Positions 55,649 through 61,046 of a DNA stretch of 61,046 nucleotides are shown here, one piece after another; positions within the stretch are counted from its first letter, which is position 1, and every line of letters starts with the position of its first letter. The stretch covers positions 1-61,046 of the forward strand of contig CAZBVS010000001.1 of assembly GCA_964495575.1 (NCBI GenBank), in the 5' to 3' direction. The stretch comes from an uncultured Candidatus Saccharibacteria bacterium (GTDB lineage: Bacteria; Patescibacteriota; Minisyncoccia; UBA6257; GWB1-50-10). The translations under genes were made by a program, and so were the position numbers. The notes beneath the pieces were generated by a model that did no database searches, was not told the DNA's origin, and saw nothing but the letters and a program-made list of their open reading frames with translations.

Positions 55649-56944
55649 ATGGATAAGAATAAAGTTATTATACTTGCTATACTTGGAAGTTTAGCAGCTT
55701 TAGTTTTGATTTTTGTAGTTGGGTTCTTTTTAAACAGAGGACCAGGTGAAGACTCTATTTATAATACTCAGGCTCAACTTGATGTCTGGGCTGTTTCTGA
55801 TAGAAAGGCAGCTTATGAAAAAGCTATCTCCGAGTTCAACAAAACTTACCCTAACATTACAGTTAACTACCGGCGTTTTGAAAATACCAATGAATACGAA
55901 GAAACCCTCCTTAATTCTTTAGCGGCTGGAGAAGGGCCAGATATTTTTGTCATTAAAAACAGTGATATCTTAAGGAAGGCTAACAAAACATTTCCTGTCC
56001 CGGAATCTCAGTATTCCTTATCAAATTTAAGGAATGATTTTCCTGAGGTAGTTGAACAAGACTTTTATTTCAACAACAAGATTTACGCTCTTCCAGCCTC
56101 TGTTGATACTCTTGCCATGATATATAACAAGAGTCTCTTTAACGAAGCTGCTATAGTTTATCCTGCTAAGAACTGGGAAGAGTTTAAAACTCAGACTAAA
56201 AAACTTACTAAATTCAATGATCAATCTGGCGATGTATCCCGAGCCGGAGCTGCTATAGGAGGTGCAGATAATATTAAGTATTCTTCTGATCTCCTCTCCC
56301 TTCTTATGATGCAGTCTGGGGCAGACATGGTAAGTGATAATTATGACTCAGCTACCTTTAGCTCCGAACCGGGTAGAGAAGCATTAGACTTTTATACTCA
56401 ATTTTCAAACCCTAACGCAGATTTATATACCTGGGATAGCTATCTTTCTCAAGATTTTGAATCGTTTGCCCGGGAAAACAACGCGGTTGTCTTCGGTTAT
56501 TCCACCGATTTAAAAGATTTAAAGGATAGAAATGTGTTTTTAGAGGTGGGCGTTGCCAAAGTACCTCAGATAAAAGAAAACAAAGAAATAGCTATCGCCG
56601 ATTACTTCGGTTACGCAGTTTCTCGACAAACTCGATATCCCACAATAGCTTGGGATTTTGTTAAGGTTCTAACCCTCGACTCTTCTGCTATAAGAAGTTA
56701 TCTTGATAACACGAAAAGACCTCCCGCCCTTAAATCTTTAATCCAGGAGTATAAAAATGATCAGGAACTTGGAGTTTTTGCAAAACAAGCTTTAATTGCC
56801 GAGTCCTGGAGGAAGCCTGATTTTGAGAAGACAGATAAGATTTTTGATCAGATGATAAAGGCAGTGGGAGATGAAGGAAAGGCCTCATACAGGATTTTAA
56901 GAAACGCAGAGGATGAAGTTTCTAATTTATTAAAATCTTTATAA
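55649..56944 (+). CDS. ABC-transporter substrate-binding protein, family 1 (sugar type)
   Basis: N-terminal anchor, size about 430 aa; patterns LDVWAVSD...FNKTYPNITVNY and PDIFVI are typical of SBP_bac_1. Confidence 0.6.
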   Translation: MDKNKVIILAILGSLAALVLIFVVGFFLNRGPGEDSIYNTQAQLDVWAVSDRKAAYEKAISEFNKTYPNITVNYRRFENTNEYEETLLNSLAAGEGPDIFVIKNSDILRKANKTFPVPESQYSLSNLRNDFPEVVEQDFYFNNKIYALPASVDTLAMIYNKSLFNEAAIVYPAKNWEEFKTQTKKLTKFNDQSGDVSRAGAAIGGADNIKYSSDLLSLLMMQSGADMVSDNYDSATFSSEPGREALDFYTQFSNPNADLYTWDSYLSQDFESFARENNAVVFGYSTDLKDLKDRNVFLEVGVAKVPQIKENKEIAIADYFGYAVSRQTRYPTIAWDFVKVLTLDSSAIRSYLDNTKRPPALKSLIQEYKNDQELGVFAKQALIAESWRKPDFEKTDKIFDQMIKAVGDEGKASYRILRNAEDEVSNLLKSL

Positions 56945-56946
56945 CC

Positions 56947-57378
56947 ATGAATAATGTATTAAATATTTTAATAAGCGCTTTTGTTCTTTTATTAGTTGGC
57001 TTTTTTGCTTTTTCTCCGCTAGCGTTTGCTGCTCAGAAAGGTGCCCCCGATAGCGGCTCTATAATCTGGGAGGGGGTAACCTGTAATCAGCAAGGAGAAG
57101 ACCCTTGTGATTTTTGTGACATGATTAAGGTAGTCTCTAATATTGTTAATTTTCTAACCCGGTTAGCATATATAGTGGCCGCCGCTGTAATTGTAGCCGG
57201 GGGAGTGATGATAATGGTAAGTGGGGGTAATGAAAAAAGATTCTCTAAAGGTAAGAGTTTAATTACCAACGCTGTTATAGGTATTGTTATTACCTTAACC
57301 GCTTGGATTATTGTAAATACCCTTTTCCACATCATAACCGGTGATGAACAGTTTATTTGGTCCGAAATAGTGTGTTAG
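56947..57378 (+). CDS. VirB2/TrbC-like T4SS pilin paralogue with Cys-containing N-terminal segment
   Basis: Signal peptide ...PLAFAA, Cys segment CNQQGEDPCDFCDM, then helix-basic loop-helix AAAVIVAGGVMIMVSGGNEKRFSKGKSLITNAVIGIVITLTAWIIV. The protein ends in Cys. Confidence 0.65.
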   Translation: MNNVLNILISAFVLLLVGFFAFSPLAFAAQKGAPDSGSIIWEGVTCNQQGEDPCDFCDMIKVVSNIVNFLTRLAYIVAAAVIVAGGVMIMVSGGNEKRFSKGKSLITNAVIGIVITLTAWIIVNTLFHIITGDEQFIWSEIVC

Positions 57379-57387
57379 AATAAACAT

Positions 57388-57759
57388 ATGAAGAAATTAA
57401 CCTTATTTTTAATAACCTTCTTAGCCTTTACCTTTATCCTTGGAGTGCCTCATGTCCTAGCACAACAAGAAGGCTCCCCTACGGTAGGGTTAACTAACCC
57501 TCTTGAGGAATCAGGGGCTAACACGATAGGGGATGTTTTAACCAGAATTATTGATGGTCTTCAGGTTATCGCTATCCCAATAGCCGGTATTATGGTGTTA
57601 GTAGGTGGTTTTCAGATCCTTTTTGCTGCTGGAGACCCCGAGAAATTTAAGAAAGGTAAAAAAACAATCCTATATACAGTAATAGGTTATGCTATAATAT
57701 TAGTAGCTAACGGAATGGATAAATTAATTAAGGATATTTTGACACATTCCGTAGAATAA
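57388..57759 (+). CDS. VirB2/TrbC-like T4SS pilin paralogue
   Basis: Signal peptide ...PHVLAQ, then AIPIAGIMVLVGGFQILFAAGDPEKFKKGKKTILYTVIGYAIILVANG. Confidence 0.65.
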   Translation: MKKLTLFLITFLAFTFILGVPHVLAQQEGSPTVGLTNPLEESGANTIGDVLTRIIDGLQVIAIPIAGIMVLVGGFQILFAAGDPEKFKKGKKTILYTVIGYAIILVANGMDKLIKDILTHSVE

Positions 57760-57822
57760 TTAAAAGTATTTTAATAAAAGGTCGTTTGAAAATATAGTCG
57801 AATTAACAAATTAAAATTAACA

Positions 57823-58191
57823 ATGAAAGATAAACTATATAAAGCGTTAGTATTTATTCCTATGATTGCTTTGTTGGCTACTCCAGTTTTAGGACTAGCA
57901 GCGGATCAACAACCTGGTTCAAAAATAACTTCTTTGACTCAAGTTGAGCAGTTGCTAGGTGGAATACTTGGTTGGCTTACCAGCTTTTTGTATATTGCCG
58001 CAGCTATAATGGTTATTATCGCAGGTTTCACCTATCTTGGTTCTCAAGGTGACGAAGAAAAAGTTAAAAAAGCCAAGAATATGTTAATTTACGCTGTGAT
58101 TGCTGTCGCATTAGGTCTAGTGGCTGGTGGAATTGGTTCATTAGTAGATAATATATTAAGTTCCGGCACGACCCCTAATGTAGCTCCGTAA
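57823..58191 (+). CDS. VirB2/TrbC-like T4SS pilin paralogue
   Basis: Signal peptide ...PVLGLAA, then YIAAAIMVIIAGFTYLGSQGDEEKVKKAKNMLIYAVIAVALGLVAGG. Confidence 0.65.
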   Translation: MKDKLYKALVFIPMIALLATPVLGLAADQQPGSKITSLTQVEQLLGGILGWLTSFLYIAAAIMVIIAGFTYLGSQGDEEKVKKAKNMLIYAVIAVALGLVAGGIGSLVDNILSSGTTPNVAP

Positions 58192-58212
58192 TTGTATCTT
58201 CATAAAAGAAGT

Positions 58213-58243
58213 AACCCCATCTCATAATGAGATGGGGTTTTTG
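58213..58243. terminator. bidirectional intrinsic terminator
   Basis: 11-bp stem aaccccatctc/gagatggggtt with loop ataat, followed by a T-run. Confidence 0.8.
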
Positions 58244-58252
58244 ATATTAATA

Positions 58253-58696
58253 CTACCACGTTCTAACAAGAAGGGTGTCCTTACTAGAAAGTGATTTTAA
58301 CTTAAAAACAAATTCCTCTGGAGGTCTTCTGTCTGCAACTCTAAAAGTATCTACCGTGCCATCTTTATACTTCGTAAGATGTGATTTTCCGTTGAGTGAC
58401 TGTATTCTATGCTTCATTCCATAAGTGTTAGCATCAATCCACCCACTCCACTTTTTATCGGTAACTTCTAGATAAAATCTGGAGTTCCGGTTTAGCTTCC
58501 GGTAGCCAAAATGATTGTATTTAATAAGCTTCACTTCTGGTTTTTTATTGAATCTCTCTTCAATCACTCCAGAAGCTTTATCTACAACCTTTTTTTTAGC
58601 AGATTGGAATCCACCGAAAAAGCTGAGGAGGACTATAATGAGCACAGTAAAAATCATTATTTTAACTGCCTTTTTTCTGTCAATTAGCTTACTCAT
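58253..58696 (-). CDS. membrane-anchored beta-rich protein (possible NfeD-like partner of the upstream SPFH-like gene)
   Basis: Anchor IMIFTVLIIVLLSFFGGF. Overlaps the upstream gene by 8 nt. The NfeD analogy rests on gene context only. Confidence 0.45.
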   Translation of the reverse strand: MSKLIDRKKAVKIMIFTVLIIVLLSFFGGFQSAKKKVVDKASGVIEERFNKKPEVKLIKYNHFGYRKLNRNSRFYLEVTDKKWSGWIDANTYGMKHRIQSLNGKSHLTKYKDGTVDTFRVADRRPPEEFVFKLKSLSSKDTLLVRTW

Positions 58697-59810
58697 TCTT
58701 ACCTCCTTCCATGATTAACGGGGTTCCCTTACCGACGATGGAAATGTTGCCATTTCCTTGGTCCACATCTTTCTCAGATGAGTTAAGAGCCTGCTGAGCA
58801 TCTACACCCAACTTTTTATATTTCATAGCTCTCTCCATCTTCTTGATGTGTACTAGATCAGAGGCTTTAAGGCGGTCCTTTGCTCTCTGTTCTTCTTCAA
58901 GGGCTTCCTGGGTTTGCTTATCGAAGCTTACTGTTCCTAAGGTGAAGTTATGGATGTCTACTCCATAATACTGTTCTTCGTCCGAATCAGATTCCAAATC
59001 TCCCTGGCTTCTCAAAAGAGTTCCAATCAGATTTGAAAAGTGAGAATAAAAATGAATTCTCTTTTCAAAAGGAATCTCATCTTTCAGCTCTTTCTCAGTG
59101 TTAACAGAAAAATTATCTACTTCAGTATAAGTCTCTTTATCATTCCAGAAATCATTTTCAAGCCACACCTCTTTCAAGTTTTCATATCCATCCATATCCT
59201 CAAACCATTTTTCAGCATTAACATGAACGGGTCTCTCCATTCTCAGGATAGAATTGATATAATTCTCAATTCCTCTTCTTTCGTCTCTGAAGATAGTCCA
59301 GTAGAAGCCGCCAGCGATTCTACCAATCTCAGAATCAATCTTATCGTTCAGTCCCTCTTGCATCATCTTCTTCGTGATGTATGCATATCGGGGAACATTT
59401 GAATTACCCTCTTTAATTTCAGGATTGGGGGCCCACCTTGTTTCTGAATCAATCTTTATCTTTCTGTTATCCAGAGAGATAAATTGAAACTTAATATCCA
59501 TAGGGTCCGGTTTTAGGCTGTATGTGAAATCCTTATCAAGACTATCAATCAAGGGGATCCCTATATTCCAACCTTCCTGAAAATAGTTTGTGGGTTTTCC
59601 TAATCTTAACGGGATGGAAAAGTGTAATGGTTTAACCTTGTGAAAGGCATCCATTGCAAGTGCTCCAACCATTACAGTAGCAAGTATCAAGGCTATTCCT
59701 GCTTCTATGAAGAAGCTGGAAATAACGAACACTACTAGCCAACTAGCTATAACAACAATCAAAGAAGGAAGTATAAACGTTTTTAAGTATTTCTTTTTCC
59801 TTTCTTTCAT
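58689..59810 (-). CDS. SPFH/band-7-like membrane protein (tentative)
   Basis: Two N-terminal transmembrane helices, a core PLRLGKPTNYFQEGWNIGIPLIDSL...MDIKFQFISLDNRKIKIDSETRW reminiscent of SPFH domains, and a coiled-coil C-terminus. Confidence 0.45.
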   Translation of the reverse strand: MKERKKKYLKTFILPSLIVVIASWLVVFVISSFFIEAGIALILATVMVGALAMDAFHKVKPLHFSIPLRLGKPTNYFQEGWNIGIPLIDSLDKDFTYSLKPDPMDIKFQFISLDNRKIKIDSETRWAPNPEIKEGNSNVPRYAYITKKMMQEGLNDKIDSEIGRIAGGFYWTIFRDERRGIENYINSILRMERPVHVNAEKWFEDMDGYENLKEVWLENDFWNDKETYTEVDNFSVNTEKELKDEIPFEKRIHFYSHFSNLIGTLLRSQGDLESDSDEEQYYGVDIHNFTLGTVSFDKQTQEALEEEQRAKDRLKASDLVHIKKMERAMKYKKLGVDAQQALNSSEKDVDQGNGNISIVGKGTPLIMEGGKNE

Positions 59811-59961
59811 AACAAACTCCTTTCTGTTTTATTTATTATTTTTAATATTTCTAAATATATTATATAATATATTATTATTAGAGTCAAACATTAATGTTTT
59901 ATTACTCAACCCCTTTTATTTCCGATAAATTCCTGGTATATTATCAAATAGCAAGTTAAAA

Positions 59962-60043
59962 GCCGGAGTGGTGGAACTGGGATACACGCATGATTTAGGA
60001 TCATGTGCTTTACAGCTTGTGGGTTCAAATCCCACCTCCGGCA
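59962..60043 (+). tRNA. tRNA-Leu(TAG), type II
   Basis: Acceptor gccggag/ctccggc, anticodon stem catga/tcatg with loop ttTAGga, variable arm gctttacagc, T arm gtggg-ttcaaat-cccac. Confidence 0.85.
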
Positions 60044-60092
60044 CAAATTGTTTTTTGAAAATATGAAAGTTACTTGTATACTTGTATTGGAT

Positions 60093-60164
60093 GCGTCCTT
60101 AGCTCAGTGGTAGAGCGCTTGCTCGACACGCAAGAGGTCACAGGTTCAAACCCTGTAGGACGCA
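60093..60164 (+). tRNA. tRNA-Val(GAC)
   Basis: Acceptor gcgtcct/aggacgc, D arm gctc-agtggta-gagc, anticodon stem cttgc/gcaag with loop tcGACac (position 33 reads C), T loop ttcaaac. Confidence 0.8.
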
Positions 60165-60172
60165 CACTTATT

Positions 60173-60245
60173 GGGCCGTTGGCTCAGTTGGTAGAGCGCC
60201 TCCATGGCATGGAGGAGGTCACCGGTTCAAATCCGGTACGGTCCA
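60173..60245 (+). tRNA. tRNA-Ala(GGC)
   Basis: Acceptor gggccgt/acggtcc with the G3:U70 alanine identity pair; anticodon stem cctcc/ggagg with loop atGGCat. Confidence 0.85.
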
Positions 60246-60252
60246 CAAATTT

Positions 60253-60335
60253 GGAGGGGTCGGATAACGGCTATTCCACCGGTCTTGAAAACCGGCGCCC
60301 ATACGGGCTTGAGGGTTCGAATCCCTCCCCCTCCG
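60253..60335 (+). tRNA. tRNA-Ser(TGA), type II
   Basis: Acceptor ggagggg/cccctcc, anticodon stem ccggt/accgg with loop ctTGAaa. The 5' 29 nt are identical to tRNA-Ser(CGA) at 12888. Confidence 0.85.
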
Positions 60336-60345
60336 CAAATAAAAA

Positions 60346-60370
60346 AACAGGCTTTATGCCTGTTATTTTT
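60346..60370. terminator. bidirectional terminator between convergent tRNA genes
   Basis: aacaggc-tttat-gcctgtt flanked by an A-run and a T-run. Confidence 0.7.
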
Positions 60371-60374
60371 ATTG

Positions 60375-60448
60375 TACGCCCGACAGGACTCGAACCTGTA
60401 ACCTTCAGCTCCGCAAGCTGACGCTCTATCCAGTTGAGCTACGGGCGC
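60375..60448 (-). tRNA. tRNA-Arg(GCG)
   Basis: Reverse complement: GCGCCCG-TA-GCTC-AACTGGATA-GAGC-G-TCAGC-ttGCGga-GCTGA-AGGTT-ACAGG-TTCGAGT-CCTGT-CGGGCGT-A. Pair 1:72 is G:U. Confidence 0.8.
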
Positions 60449-60451
60449 TCT

Positions 60452-60928
60452 TTAAAATTTTAAAATATCTGAGAACAACTCAATCATCGATGGTTCATAC
60501 GTTTTTTCTTCTAATTTTTCCGAAAGAACCTCTCTTGCCTTAGGGGTTATTTTGGAATCAGCCCTTAACTTAAGAACCGGGTTTATCTTAGAAGTTGTTT
60601 TAATTACTATCTGATTCAGTTCGTTTTCTCTGTTTACTATCGCATACCACTCTATATCCCCATATGAGTACGCAATATCATTACCAACCCTTACCTCCTC
60701 TTCATCTATGTAAAAGTCAACTACTCTTGGCTTTTTATTACCCAACACTATAACCATCAATCCGGCGATTAAGATAAACACCATAAAGAAAAAGTTTCTT
60801 TGCCAAAGAGCAAAAACAGCGATTAGAAGAGTTACCGTAATTATTGCTATGTACCAGCCTCTTCCTTTCTTTCGGTATTCGTACTCAGCTGCTCGCCACG
60901 TTATACTTTTTTCTTTTTCTTCTGCCAT
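60452..60928 (-). CDS. two-helix membrane protein with small C-terminal soluble domain
   Basis: Helices WYIAIITVTLLIAVFALW and FFFMVFILIAGLMVIVLG; no recognisable catalytic motif. Confidence 0.55.
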   Translation of the reverse strand: MAEEKEKSITWRAAEYEYRKKGRGWYIAIITVTLLIAVFALWQRNFFFMVFILIAGLMVIVLGNKKPRVVDFYIDEEEVRVGNDIAYSYGDIEWYAIVNRENELNQIVIKTTSKINPVLKLRADSKITPKAREVLSEKLEEKTYEPSMIELFSDILKF

Positions 60929-60949
60929 GTGTTAATTATACACCAGAGA

Positions 60950-60985
60950 GAGGAAAATAAAATTACATCTGTTTCCAGATGTAAT
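60950..60985 (-). terminator. intrinsic terminator downstream of tRNA-Glu
   Basis: attacatct-6nt-agatgtaat followed on the minus strand by tttattttcc. Confidence 0.6.
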
Positions 60986-60990
60986 CTTTG

Positions 60991-61046
60991 TGACCCCAAC
61001 CGGATTTGAACCGGTGTTACCAGGATGAAAACCTGGCGTCCTGGAC
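60991..61046 (-). tRNA. tRNA-Glu(TTC), 3' portion; the 5' end lies beyond the window
   Basis: Reverse complement: ...CCAGG-ttTTCat-CCTGG-TAAC-ACCGG-TTCAAAT-CCGGT-TGGGGTC-A. Confidence 0.75.

Noticed and set aside
60074-60421. ORF-track entries 60074-60421 and 60204-60401 (+).
   Set aside because: They run straight through four tRNA genes and part of a fifth. The translated segments (SNPVGRT, GSNPSPSA) are the signature of reading through tRNA T-arms.
1-61046. Alternative genetic code (UGA recoding, as in some reduced-genome lineages).
   Set aside because: All housekeeping proteins are full-length and contiguous under the standard code, with ordinary stops. No in-frame UGA interruptions need to be invoked.

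Overview
AT-rich, gene-dense bacterial chromosomal segment. Small proteins, lysine-rich N-termini and sparse metabolism resemble reduced-genome CPR/Patescibacteria-type organisms; this assignment is inference from gene content. Most of the window is housekeeping: leuS, glyQS, valS, trpS, pnp, rpsO, rpsA, nusA, recA, recO, ftsK, gyrA, rnj, tsaD, rsmA, secG, ppa, and 9 tRNAs, one partial. Five things stand out. (1) nt 1-11321 is a tightly packed minus-strand operon encoding a minimal Gram-positive-style type IV secretion/pilus apparatus: VirB4 ATPase, PrgI/VirB3-like, TrbL/VirB6-like, and a VirB2-like pilin fused to a Cys-rich domain, plus about six unassignable secreted proteins. No relaxase or coupling protein is present in the window. 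Three more VirB2-like pilin paralogues sit in tandem at 56.9-58.2 kb. (2) The 0.9 kb non-coding region at 40.4-41.3 kb carries a dense array of parS-like palindromes, other repeats and an AT-rich tract, suggesting a centromere or origin-proximal locus. (3) A strikingly GC-rich orphan gene at 32.45-33.21 kb has its own consensus promoter, strong SD and terminator, wedged between tsaD and valS. (4) Several promoter-to-terminator small-RNA candidates are present, including two non-canonical tRNA-like RNAs at 30.6 kb and 50.6 kb. (5) An NYN-domain gene is inserted inside the conserved rpsO-pnp pair. All calls come from reading the sequence and motif recognition only; no searches were run.
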